Source of the DNA: Tubulanus polymorphus
Taxonomy: Eukaryota > Animalia > Nemertea
DNA: 64,000 bases
Assembly: GCF_964204645.1 (NCBI RefSeq)
Contig: NC_134029.1
Location: forward strand, 6,944,001-7,008,000
Direction of reading: 5' to 3'
The translations under genes and the position numbers were made by a program. How positions within the stretch are numbered: the stretch's first letter is position 1; every line of letters starts with the position of its first letter. This document shows positions 22,524 through 35,827 of the stretch, piece by piece. The notes below the pieces were generated by a model. The model did no database searches and was not told the origin of the DNA. It saw only the letters and a program-made list of their open reading frames with translations.

Positions 22524-25500
22524 GCAGTGTGTGTGCGCTGCTTCGTTTTATGTCAACCACAGATGACAGACGTATATAATACATAAACGTACACACGACA
22601 TCGGGCACGTCGAAGAATTAATCAGCGCGCGAAAATCACCGTAAATCAAATAAAGCGCGTTTATAAAATTATCACCGTTGTACATGCTGAATCGCCCGTA
22701 GTGGTTTTGTTTTCCGGAACTGTCGTTTTGCTAAATGGAAATGAACGGGTTCATCGATGACGTATGACAATTGTCTAATGTAGCAGTCAGAGAAACACTA
22801 CGTTCTAAACATGATTATGTATATGTTATAATGTATATTAATACACGCGGACGTTGATATAATGAACGGCAGATGGTTTGTACATTCAATCGCTGTTTCA
22901 TTAATAGTTAGTTAGTTTAGGCTTGTTGTTAATTCCGAGCTGTGTTCATTGGCTCATTTTCTGCGTCATTAACTGGATATGAAACACTTCGAAATTTGTC
23001 AAGGTAAGCGTCGTTGACCACTTCGTGAATTTCGTTATGAAAGATATTCTACTTCCGTATCAAAACGGTTATTTCTATACATAGATCTGTGAGCATATAC
23101 CATCACATATAATGTCTAACCAGTTGATTAGTTTTCGTTGCATTAAGTAAATGCTTTTTCAAAAAGAAATCAACGGAAGCAGCTTCGACGAAGGATTTCT
23201 CGTTTGTGTAATGAAAAATAATCGCGGTATCAATTCCCTAAAAGTAAAATGTGGGCGCCATCGATGTACAGTTGAAAATGTTTCTTTGAATTCTTTGATT
23301 AATCTTTTTATGACGACAATGTTCGTCGTGTTTCTTATGCGACTGATCAAAGAGACGTTTTTAATGCGAGCGATAGCTAATTTAAAATTCCGCGATTCTT
23401 AGTATACGTCTTTGATCACTGAAAGTAAACCGGTTTCATCTTGCGTGATCGTTTTCCCATACGAATGCGAGACGCTATACCGCGCCGCGTTCGGCATCTC
23501 CGCCACTTCTTGCGCAACGCACGTTCACAAGCCATCAAGCCGGTGGCTACCTTTTCGATCTCTGATCATTTCTGTCGAAGAACGAAAAGGCGAATTATTC
23601 ATTACCACCCGCAGTCATGTGGCGGACTGCTTCTAACCTTTCTACGCTTATCCCCCACCAGGATGTATCATTGTCTCCGAGTTCTGGTAACTAATCAATT
23701 TCAGTCGAGTTGCATTGTTTGGCCAAAATAATGTAAGCCTTACCACGTGATCGGCCTTGACACAAGACTGAATGCCTGCCATCCACTTGGTGAACTGTGG
23801 AAAATAGCCACCAAGTCGCTTGATTTGATATGAGTTCCCTAGTCGATGGTGACAAATTCAATTTTCCTTTCCTAAAAGCTTCTTTTCAGTGGCGATCAAT
23901 ATTAAGACATTCCAGCTGTAGCAGTAACGCATCGTGTCGTCTGCTTACATTATCGACAAACACATGACATCTTCGTCGAAATATTTCCTATTCTTGAGTC
24001 TCGTGTATAAAACAATGTAACAATCGATTTGACCTGGTGTCAGTGTTGCACATCTATCGATCTTAGCCGTATAGAATTTCAAATCTTTCTAGGATATATC
24101 ATTCGCTGATTGGAATATCGCTTCGCGTTCATAGCGTTATTTTCTACCGCGTTTTTATTCGAAAATTGATGCGAATTCAATTCGCATGATTGCGGTAATG
24201 AAATTATACAGCAGCACGAAACTTGAATTAGAAACTAATCAGATGGGCGCTTGATTGTGTATTGATGAATACTAATCATTGCAACGGTAACTACATTGGA
24301 ATGACTCGTACGTTTCCGGTTTAGTAAAAAAGAACTTTAATGATTAATCATGTTATTTACAAAACATCTGTTGTTGACATTATCAATAATCGTCTGTCTA
24401 GTGTTAGGAAGCAATGTGACGACACTACGTGATCTAGCCACCAGTCATACGTAGATATATAAAAATGGTCACATATTTTTTTGACGCATGGCGTGTGGGG
24501 GTTTGTCAACCGTAAAATGATACTACTAACCGAATTCTGACTATCTTTCCTCTATTGAGATTATTATGATATTAGTTTTTAACTCAAACTTAGTGCAACA
24601 AGAACTGAGTTAAAAAACAAACTGTTATCATGCTGTACATTTTGCAAGCATAATCTAACACCTTATTTGCAGCAAAGTTTATTATATTCACATCATTTTG
24701 TACACCTTTTCTCAGCCCGATGCCGTTTGAGATTGTTTCATAATCCGCGTACAACTGTAGAAAGATCTCTACAATTTTTTTTAACGTGTATCGACCAACT
24801 ATTTTCGTCAACGAAGTCGCAAGTCAATTTCGATATGAATACTTTAAGGAAGTGAATCTTCCGATTCGATTTGCCAGGGTTTCAGGTCGCGATTGTACGA
24901 AACGAAACTTGAAAAGGTTTCTTTCGTTTGTTCAGTCGCCTGGAAATGTCAAGGTCGTCGCAGCGCGGCTGAATGAATAATTCACCGGATTGTTCCTAAG
25001 AGAACGTCTGCCGTACAACATTAATTCGCTTTCCCTGCGTAAAAATATATCGCGCAATATAATTAATTACAAACGATTTCAGATGCTGGTTTTATTCGCT
25101 GATCATTTATCACTTCAGCAGCCGAATTCGAGAAACTTAATGATATATGCGAATTTATTTCAAAAAGCCTAGCGTTAATCACTCTAATCACGTCGTCTAT
25201 TTTTCATTTTCTTTCGCTTATTTACCAAAATCAAAATTTCTACATACATCGAATAGTTTTCTAAAATCTATAGTTGTGATATTCTTTTCATCCACCATTT
25301 TTACTTCGGGATTGAATGATATTTTCATGAACGAATTTGAAAATATCATAAACTTTATGCGATAATGATGTATCGAATATATTACCACGTTGAAAGCTTA
25401 GTTACACAGTTCCGGTTTGAAAAATCTGATTTTAGGGTTAGATATATACACGTATTTTGATCATGATCTTTTCATTTTCCGATTCAAACTTAACTGCAGG

Positions 25501-25557
25501 AGTATTGATTAAGAAATCCTACAGTAGAATTTCATGATGAAATTTATCAAAACGAAA

Positions 25558-25599
25558 CCACAACGTTTCGACTGTTGACTAACAGCGATCATTGGGTTA
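25558..25599 (-). ncRNA. degenerate minimal hammerhead motif (left arm of palindrome)
   Basis: CCAAUGA-UC-GCUGUU-aguc-AACAGUC-GAAA-CG-UU-GUGG: GAAA half intact, CUGAUGA altered to CCAAUGA. Confidence 0.65.
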
Positions 25600-25604
25600 T
25601 CATT

Positions 25605-25646
25605 CCACCTGATGATGGCTGTTAGTCAACAGCCAAAACGTTGTAG
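25605..25646 (+). ncRNA. degenerate minimal hammerhead motif (right arm of palindrome)
   Basis: CCAC-CUGAUGA-U-GGCUGUU-aguc-AACAGCC-AAAA-CG-UU-GUAG: CUGAUGA half intact, GAAA altered to AAAA at 25635. Confidence 0.7.
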
Positions 25647-28600
25647 TTTCCTTAGATTTTATCGTATAAAATTCTATTGCGGGCTTCTACAGTTTACGCA
25701 GATTATAGTGTTTTATTCGACTATTGACCGCGGTGGTATGTAGGCCTTTCACAAAAAATTTGACGTCTCTGATTCTAACGCAGCCTATGAAAATATAGCC
25801 TTACTTTATCGTTACTTTCTTGAATGGGTGGAAATTTGATCTAAAGGAGAATATATAGAACTTCAACCGCCTCCGAACCCCACGCTATCGTGTCCCACGC
25901 AAAATATTTCAATACGATTTCTTTTTGAATTTATGTTGATCTCATTTGTTTTCGTATTCCGATAGCGTTCGTCGGGAATTGTTGTTCATGGAGCTCACGC
26001 GCGTGTTTCGTACAAATAGGAACAAACGATATGTGGCAATTTTGAATTATTTGCCAACCTCCGGTTTCGACATCTGCGATTCATAATTGGCCTACAAGGG
26101 ACATTGAAATAAATCCGATTTTAAATACTTTAAGACTGACTTTCTCCGAAAAGCCGCCGCAACACTAAGACTCCGAGGCCGGCGAAGTAACTCATTAATT
26201 CTGATAAGTTTAAGACGAAGGCGTTCTCTGCTTCGATTCGAACTTATGCTTCCATCGCATGATGGATCGGATACGTAGGGTAGACTGCGCGGTTCGTTCT
26301 AACAGATAATACCGGTATTATGCGAACGGTGAGAGTCGACGTGTAGCTATATTAATGATACTATATACCGATATTATCAATCTTGACGACGAATTATTTC
26401 TGTGTGTGTGTGTCTGCGTCTGCGTGTAGATTCCGAGTTATATAACACAAAATGAATCATTTTGTCATCAACGGGTGAAATCAATAATCGATACTGATGT
26501 AAAGATTAATTCCTTGGAAGAATTAAAACCTAATTCCGCAGAAAACTAAAATACACGAGTAGTTTATACTTACTTCCAAGATTAGGTGTTATCGAATTAC
26601 TTGTATATTGTGTATTTATCGTAATCTTGTAAATCGTCTTCACTAAAAAATGTTCATTTCACAAGCGCTTATATTGTGGTTGCTGATTCGAGCTATAGAG
26701 AAAATCTACATAGAAATAGGTTTTAGGTTGAGAACATTGTATTAATAATTGAGCGCGTAGGAAGAGGCGGTGTATACGAGAAAACCGGGATTTCCACTGG
26801 AATGGAGGCAACCGAGGCTGTGTCATCGATCTCGAAGCAAACAGATGAACCGGGTTTGCTATTTGAGGATGTTCGATGTTAGATTTTTTACTGATCGTGA
26901 AAAGAGTCGGAAGGTGTTCCAAATAGTATTGGAACGGGTTGTATACATTGTATCAGTTATGCATGAAACACTACAGGAAAGGTGGGAACTTTAGCATATA
27001 TTGAGGAACATAAATTCTATTAACTTTCTCGAAATTTATCATGCACGATTTTCGTATGGTTGCTTTGAAGTTTGGCACGATTTTTGAGTCAGTCTTGATC
27101 ACGTGATGGCTATTGTATATTACTATATGGATTTACGAAGGCAATAACCGCAGCATAAAGGCTCCGGTCATCATGTGCCACAGAATGTCTGACTTTCGCA
27201 TTTGCAGCCGTGATTCACATCGAATTGCAATAGAACGAAACGTGTAGGATATGATACGAATTTTTGTTTTGTGGAACTATACATATGTCAAACATATGGC
27301 TCATTTCGTCTATTCTCACTAAGTTTTGAAAACATTATCTTTAATGCCTTCCTATTTCCTAGATACAGTGGTACTCAAAATGGTTTGGGTATCCTACGGT
27401 TTAGAAAAACCTACTACGGTACATTTACCTACCCATTCGTAGGTTCTCCAACCGAAGCGCCGTTCTGATTTTTTCGTTGTCAACATAGTGAATTTTAGTT
27501 ATCGAGTTCAACGCGGGTCACTGCGCGGCAATATATAGTTTTCGTTTATGTGATCACAATAATAACTGTATGAAATCTTTGGTATAAATATTTATGAAAG
27601 TTTTCCGAGCGGAAAATTAGAAATCCGTCAGGTCATAGAAAAGTACTGTGTTTGTAATTATCAATTTTGGTTATTAAACTACAGTTTAGTACTATATGTC
27701 CCTAACGACCCCCGTAAACTTTGCAAGAAAGTTACGCTATGTCACGTCGTAAGACAGTAAAATTGCGTCTACGAAATAATGTGTTATGTTTCTACATATA
27801 TCCACGGATGTAATCTGTTTACGCTTGTAGGTGAGTGATAAAACGATACAAAAAGAAACTTGATTAACTTATTTTCAATGGTTGTAGATCTAAGTAGTTA
27901 AGATAATATTTTTTTAAATATTGTCTTGCATAAGGTAAAGCTTTTCGTGATAGGTTACCCAAAAGGCCGAGGTTTGATTAGTTTAAGAGATTTATCTCGA
28001 AAAATATCGATTTTCTTTCCGCGGACCAAACTGACGCGTAAACAAATGTGTCCGGATTTCGTTAGCCTCGAGTGGGTGATTATCCTGTTTTATCGGTCGT
28101 TTCGAAACAATTAATCGCATGGAAATCTCGATGTATAGGAAAGTTCTTTTTATATAGATTAAGCCACGATGAATTATTAAGGATTTGAAGGACTAATTTC
28201 GTTCCCCGTCGACTGTGTACTCCGGGCACGGAAAGTGGTGTAAAATCCACGTTATTGTTTAATTGATCGATGCGCATCAATATGAGGTCACGGTAGCCTG
28301 CAGCATCTTCGGTTTAATCAATGGTCATTACGGCACCGTGTGTGCGCCCTCTCAGAATTTCGTATCGGATTTCGTGGAGATGAACACACACACACACGCC
28401 ATGGGTTAATCGACAATCCATTTCTGATACTATGCTACACCCGGATCGATTACAACCCGGGCGAACACGGACTGAACGTGTACGAATGAGATTAATTGCG
28501 ACATAAACCCGATGGCATTCCTCATCCTAGTCGCCTACTTTGCGTCGACCGCGTCTGAGAGCGAACAAAAAAGTCCGTAAAAGTCTGATTCCGCGAGAGT

Positions 28601-29672
28601 CGACGGAATACGAAAATCTAATATCAAATGCGGCGGTGTTTACCTCATGACACTCGAGCTTTCTTAGATATTTCATGTCTCTATTGACAACGGTGAAGAT
28701 CGTCCTAATCAATTTTATATTAAAAAAAATGTATTTCATATGTTACTACTAAATGTCATAACTCGTAATTTATAACATGGATGTTCCATCCACTAGCTGA
28801 AAGCCTTAAATAGCCGTTCATTACATACTTTGTTACAATATACTAGACTCAATATGATCAAATAATAAATGATTCTATTATGTTCTGCTTTTTCCAAATC
28901 AATTTGACCTTATCATAATAGACTTGACTCGTTGGGAGCGTGTATGTCGTGGATTCACAGACAGACAAACGACTGTAAGACATGACCTGAATTTAGTCAG
29001 AATTTCCTTCTAAGGCGTTTGATTAAACATTTTTTTTGAATCCGTCATAGACTAAGTGATCAATCGCATGCAGGTTTGTTTAGAGAGTGAATTCCATACG
29101 AGATTTTAAGGATACAAAAGATGATTTTGTTTTCATTGTCTCCCGCGATGTACGGAGCAACCCCTCGGTGAAGCATCTCGTTGTGATCCTCACTCGCGGC
29201 TCCGGTGGCAGATGGCACACTCGAAGCAGCTTCCTTGAAACTCGTCAGCAATAATCATTTACAAATCATGTAGTCATTTTTTGTCATGCGTCAATTTTGA
29301 TATTGAAAATTGGCGACGCATCTACTAATTGTTTCAATTAATTTCGTGGCGTGTTACTGTGAATCGTATAGATGACAATCAACTTTCAATTAGAGATTTC
29401 TCTTTTGCGAATCAGAAGAACGTAGACTCCGCAAAGCTTCCGAAAGGAACAACGACGGCAGTTATGGTCGCGTGGCTTGAATCTAAGATCAGGATTTCAA
29501 AGTTATTCTAAACGTGAAACTTTAGCGCATATATACGCATTTATTTCCTCGAAGGCTTCTTCGAAGATCTTTTTCCTCAAAACTGCTGATTTCGGCAACT
29601 TGGAAAGCAAGAGATAGCCGTATCACGTATATTGCCTCTTCGAAACCCGAGCACATCCACCGAGGCTATTAC

Positions 29673-30581
29673 CAGGGGCGGATCCAGGGGGATGAGTAGA
29701 CAGTATTGGAAGGAAATTTAAGGGCACCCTTCTGATCTTAGGGCACACCCAGTATCCAGGTCAATGCGAGCGCCGAAAACTTTGAAAATATGGTACCATT
29801 TGAGGCTTTTAGAGGGCTTCTAGAGGCTAGCAGAGCAATCCAGAATAAACGAATCCGAGACAAGATTTCAACAGATGCGGATAAAAAAATGAAGCCGGCG
29901 AACCCATGAAAGAATGGTTGTCGCCAACTTCAAGATCAACAATGAATTTCACAGAAGACACCCATGAAAAACACTGGCATTGTTTTTTATATTTTCCCTA
30001 GTGCCCCTATAATCTTTAAAAGTGCCCCTTAACAATTATACAGAATACGGCTAAGTTGCCCCTTCATTGTTAACAATCGGCAAAAATTGCCTCGTCTTCA
30101 CATTTATCCGTATGTCGTGTGCCGTATTCCAAAGCAAAAGTGCCCCTAAAATTTTAAAAATTAGGCAAATCAGCATTCACCGCGAATTAAAGTCTGACCC
30201 TTGAAAAGGCAAAGTGCCCTTTTCTTCAACATTTTCCGCGTATAGTGCCCTTTTCTAAAGTACGAGTGCCCCTTTTAGTCCTCCCTGAAAATGCAAGGAC
30301 AAGGTGCCCTCATCTAAAGCATGAGTGCCCCTTGAAAAAGGAAAGTGCCCTTTTTAATTTATCATGATTAAATGCCTAATATCAAATATGATTATCTCTC
30401 CTCACTTTCTCGGCAGCAGTATTTACCGATTAATTTTATAATTATGCCCGGATTCCGGACACGGAATTAGAGGTTGCTGAAATAATGCCGTCAAAAATAT
30501 TGCCGGTGAAATTTCGAAGGGCACTTAAAAATTCTAGACCGTAGTGGGCAATACGGCTAATACGGTCTGGATCCGCCCCTG
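29673..30581. mobile_element. 909-bp non-autonomous DNA transposon with perfect TIRs
   Basis: Perfect 15-bp TIR CAGGGGCGGATCCAG/CTGGATCCGCCCCTG, ATTAC on both flanks, about ten internal AGTGCCC-like motifs, no ORF. Confidence 0.92.
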
Positions 30582-31890
30582 ATTACAAGCACTAACTAGG
30601 GTGTCCTTTGAAACGGGATATGCTTGTTAATATCAGCGGTGAAATATGTGAGCATTTCAGTATAATTTCACATCAGTCAACGGCTTTCATATTACCCTGA
30701 TGCAACAGATATTTGATACAGAATATTGTTATGGTTTTATATCATGCGCCCCGTAGCAAGCGATTACGTACTTTATTATAGAATCACTGTACGCGAACAC
30801 ACAACATATCATTTCCCCTCAGATTCTAACCCTGGGGTCACTATTGTGTTAATGATTGGAATATTAATTATGAATGCACCGTGGCATCGCTATCATAATC
30901 ATAAATACTGCATTATTCCGTTTATCGAATATGATTGACAATATTCTCTCCATAGATATACATCTATGAATATGTATAAATGAAAATTACAGATCTAACC
31001 CCCCTCTGGGGGTTCGTTCTAATTATTCGAATGTAAGAAAAATTCGTAATCATTCAAGAATTGGATGTCGAATGTGCCCCACAAGAATATAATTCTTTGA
31101 ATTATGGTTCTTTTTTTCAGGCAAAACGTTATAGTATGCCGTGAATGAAATTGAAAAAGCTTTGTGGCATCTAATAATCAAAGGGAAACAATTCAAGATA
31201 TCGCCTTAACGCTTTTAAAGATTTGACTCAGAGCTAGATATCATGTTCTAGACGGTCATACATTAAGCTGAATATTCGAAAGTACAATTTGAAAATCCGA
31301 AAGTTGTAAATGTAACTTAGAACAATTTCTGCTGTTGGTGAATTCGCAGGCTGTTTTTATATTTGAATATTCGTTTGAGACCTTTTTTGTATTATTCGAC
31401 CGAATACGGCGCTATTAGATATGATAACTCCAAGAAGCATTAGATATATAGATGAATTCGAAAAAATTCTTAGTCAAATACAAGCAAAGTTCTACAATCT
31501 TTTCTTCGTTTGATCTAATAAGAAATATTATAGTTTGATTATAATCTTTTTCAAAAAATTTAGTCCCTTCTTGATCTAACTAATTATCATATTTTTCAAA
31601 ATTCAGTCCTATCTATTTCTAACAGACGTCATTTTCAATCGAAGCGTATATCGTATTTTATCGTATATAGGTAGGAATTGAATATAAAAAGCTGTCGGCT
31701 ATAAAAAATGATATGCTCTTAAACCTTAGCATAATATTTATATTCTTGTGGGTTAATGCGAACTGCGTGATCGATAATCCGTAAGTACTTAGTAGAAAAC
31801 GTTTTTCCAAACCCTGAAGGAGATCATAGCTCTAAAACATTTCGTTGTAAGTTGTTCATTTTAATAGAAAAATATAGCTATCAATGGTAA

Positions 31891-32083
31891 AGCCTACGAT
31901 GTACACGACACAAGGAAACACGTAAACAGGAGACGGAAACATGTTTCCAGGTGTTTCCCTGCGTCGTGTTCGTTTACGAACAACGATAAACACGGTTTCG
32001 GGAACAACGTTTCCGAGATCAAGCATGTTTGTTTCCGTGTGTCTGTGTTCCCGTGTTTCCCTGCGTCATGTGTATTGGGGCCT
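31891..32083. mobile_element. Harbinger-like MITE
   Basis: TAA-AGCCTACGATGTACACGACACAAGGAAACAC ... GTGTTTCCCTGCGTCATGTGTATTGGGGCCT imperfect inverted ends, with internal GGAAACA/TGTTTCC repeats. Confidence 0.7.
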
Positions 32084-32489
32084 CGAGGTAAATGCAGTCT
32101 TTGCGCGCTGCTGTAACGATAAACCGTAACGCTAATTGAGGAACAAATCACGTTCATAATTTATTCATAAGAAATAAATCCGGCTGTTACTGTTCATATT
32201 GTGATCTATAATTATTTATACTTATCATATCTATACGCTCCTTGTCTAGTGAATTACGTGCATTGTTGACGAGGCCATGCCATATTTATACGACAGCTTG
32301 AGACGATCGTTTAGAAAAAGAATACTGGAAATTATTTTTCATTATGGTTGCCGCCATTATGGTTGCTGCCAATTTGACTTAGTTGATCTCTGATTGCCCT
32401 AAAACCAGCTTTAAATGATCAATTCGATGTTTCAAGTCAAAAAACGACTTAGAAATCGACTTCAAAGCCAACGGAACTAATATATGGGT

Positions 32490-32925
32490 GTAGAAACCGT
32501 TACAATAATGTTTTTATAATAACGATGATAACTACTATCAAAAATACATAACGAGTTATGTATTTCTGCTTCTATGCGTTGTTTAAAGGATTCTTGTTGA
32601 TGTGTACTACGTCATCAATATTGGCGTTTCAAAATAACAATCACGTTTGGGAATTTTGGCGTATATTTCGTATTTAAACATATTTGGTGACTCTTCTATT
32701 TGATATATTTTTGAATTGATTTTTGGGAGGATGTGCACTACGTCATCGACTTATCGGGGCTAGACTGGTTGCCAGTCAATTCAATTCGAAAATCGATATA
32801 TTGAAATTCATTGATGCTTTAAATTCTATCATCGTCATTTATTGTCGACAATATCAAGCAATATTTATGTGTTGTTTTTAAGGCGTCAATAAACTTTCAA
32901 GGTAGTTTTCTTGTTATTGCAGTAT
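32490..32925 (-). repeat. dispersed repeat, copy B (inverted relative to 21340-21730)
   Basis: Colinear reverse-complement blocks with copy A. Confidence 0.88.
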
Positions 32926-34030
32926 CGAGGAACACAGATGAAAACAAAAAAATGTATTCTTCATTTTTCATTTCCTTTTTTCAAACTTACATGTGCAGGC
33001 CTATCGCTGGTCAACGTCAGTCAAGCCACGATAGCTATACAGATTCATTGTTTATTCGTTTGGAATTGCTCTTTACGGTAATTCGTCGCCGGAAAAGTAG
33101 TGATGAGCTCGACGCGGGGAAATTGGGTTACTGGGGTGACGAAAATGAACCCCGTTAATGAAGTAGACGGCTTTACGTGCTTGCTTGCCCGACTAAGCAC
33201 GTGCGACGTGGCTTCGGGACATCAGCGTCCGGCAAATCTGACCGTCTATCATCGCGGATTGATGAGATTTATTTGTAAAGCAATTCGGGACGTTCGTTAT
33301 GACAAGCAATTTACCGCCATGAACAGTTGTGAGAGCTTAGGGGCAACGATATTGAATAGAGTCGTTGTAACTTCATCGAGTACGCGGCCATATTACGTCT
33401 AAGTTTGGCCATGACCAAAGTAAATATTGTTAGTACTGTTGTCGCGTTAACGTACTTAACCTCCATTCATAATAACATCATATCTGACCTACTACTATTC
33501 ATCATGGCAAATGCAATTACGGATTCAATTTGACAATATAATCAACAAACAGTTATATACTTTCGAAATAGTTAGTACGACTGTTCTATTGGTCGTATGA
33601 CTTTTGTTTGGTTATCGTTGAAATAATTGAAATAATACTTCGGAAAATATACACAACACGTAAGATTCGTGTTGTTTTCAATGACTTTTATTCATGTAGA
33701 TTACGAAATATTCGAAAATTATATAAAAGCTTATTCAGATAAAGGGTGTTTCATTTCACCACGTCTTTGTTTTTGACAATGTTTTCTGCCTTCTTTTTGT
33801 GCAGTATCGATCACGTTTATTCGCATATATAATATTATATTTTCATCTGGTACGGGCACGAAAAACGCCGCAAAAGGAGTGTTTCTTTGTTTATAGCACA
33901 GAAATACTATCCCTTTCGGGGATCCCGGTAGCCCGGGGTCACACGGTTTGCGTACAGCTTTTCAACTAACCTGTTGACACGATGCGAACGCTCAGATGTA
34001 CTGTATTTTTATTTCATCTTTTCTTTTCAG

Positions 34031-34993
34031 AGAGCCGATTTCCATGACAACGTCAGCGGATAATTCGTATCAACAGTTACCATAAATAAATAGTGTAATA
34101 CGCAGACGGCGAAGACACCGCAGGGCATGTGACGATCGTATCCGGCATTCATCGTTTTAATCATCAAATATTTTAGAGAAATTAACCACAGCAGGAGCAG
34201 TATTGCCGAGCACTGCCCGCTTCATCGCCGTTTCAATCGATTTTCCAATTTGAAAAACGCCCCACTTCTAGTTCTTAGCAAGTTCTCGTCTCTCGTTCAG
34301 TTGTTCGGAAGTTCGGAAACTTTTTTCGCACTCACGCGGTCATTAAGGCCGATCGAAGACTTTTATTCGAGACAATCAGGGGCGACTAATCTTTACAACT
34401 GATGAGGCTTTCCGTCGCGGAAATTAACATTATTAACCCGGCATTATCGCCGTGCATCTTAAGCAAATTGATTGGGTTCCCCAGCGAAATTCAATCACTG
34501 TAAACCGAATCTTTGCACGCGATTGACTCGACCAAAAGTCAATACTAACTATGTTTCATCTTAACCACGTCGTGGCCGTCGTAAAATACGACAGAACCTT
34601 CATAATCACCGATGCCCGCTAATAACCTGTTAAAATAAAGTAGTCTTGTGCGTTAAAACGTTTATTGCCGACACCGAAATAAACAAGACAAAAAAGAATA
34701 TGAAAAGCGAGAAAAAATCGTATCAAAATACAGGAAAAACTCGATACCAGTCAGTATTGAGGGATTAGTTTTTGATGATCGCCAAATCGGTCTTTTATAG
34801 TTCGCTTTTATTGATTCCATTGACAAGTCCATCGCGTTGAAACGTTGAAATTAGCCGCAAAAAATAACACATCACCAGTCGAACGCTGGCATAAACAACA
34901 GAAAATTGCATATGAAATGTCATGAAATATGCAATAAAAGGTGTTTATAAGGCGCATGGTGATTCGTTGCCAGGAGAGAATTTTCGCTGAAAG
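34031..34993 (+). other. probable 5' UTR part of the first SK coding exon
   Basis: Very strong acceptor TTTTTATTTCATCTTTTCTTTTCAG ending at 34030; an in-frame TGA lies 6 nt before the ATG at 34994. Confidence 0.5.
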
Positions 34994-35827
34994 ATGTCAG
35001 TAGTTCTGGTCGCGCCAGCCAATAATAATAAGCGTATTGATTCAACCGAAGAGCTTTTACCTGAAAGTGAGTGTAATCGCAGCAATCCGAACTATTCAAG
35101 AGTTGAAAAATCAGTTGCGAATTCGTGTCTGAATCCAGTTCCTGTTGAAACTGCTATGGACAGTAGTTCATCCGGTGAACCAGGTGGTCGAGTTAATACT
35201 GCGTACAGTTGTCCCGATATCGAACTACAGAACTACGCTTTCAGTATGAGCGGGAAACCTGATTCAGCACACAACAGCGATAGGCATCAGCTGCCGCCTC
35301 TCAAGTCAGTAGTGAATGCGCCGCTGTCACATGCAAGATGGAAGAATGAAAGCGGAGCGCCAGAACCACAACCGCAGTCGGTGGACGTTATACAGAATAA
35401 GCCGGACGAGGGTGGCACACAGAAGCGTCCCCAGCGGGACGAGAAAAAAGACTTCATTTCCGATATAGGAGTGGATTACATGAGGGTTAATGGGGCGTGT
35501 AGGCAGTTTAAGCAACTTCAAAAGCCTGTCCCAACACAGAACAATCCCGCCGCGGCGCCTAAAATGAGCTACAGCTCAGAGGATGCGGGAACGGCTTTAG
35601 TTGCCAATAATACAGAATATCCGAAATACATGGAGGAAAAGCAACCGAAACCCAGAAATAAGCCAAATGTTGGGTATAGACTGGGAAAACGGAAAACCTT
35701 ATTTGAAAAACGACGTCGGATATCGGATTACGCGCTGGCTTTTGGGATGTTTGGGATAGCGGTCATGGTTGTCGAAACGGAACTTTGCGCCGCTCAGGTA
35801 TTTGCCACGTCAGTTGGAGCCTGCAAG
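34994..35827 (+). CDS. SK: SK channel coding exon 1 (N-terminus and S1)
   Basis: 278 codons including [42 protein letters not shown], diagnostic of SK/KCNN; donor AAG|GTATGT, phase 0. Confidence 0.96.

Noticed and set aside
34399-34430. CTGATGAG...GGAAA as a hammerhead in the SK leader
   Set aside because: No G-C pair closes stem II (G precedes GAAA), a competing TTTCCG/CGGAAA hairpin exists, and I found no stem I or III.
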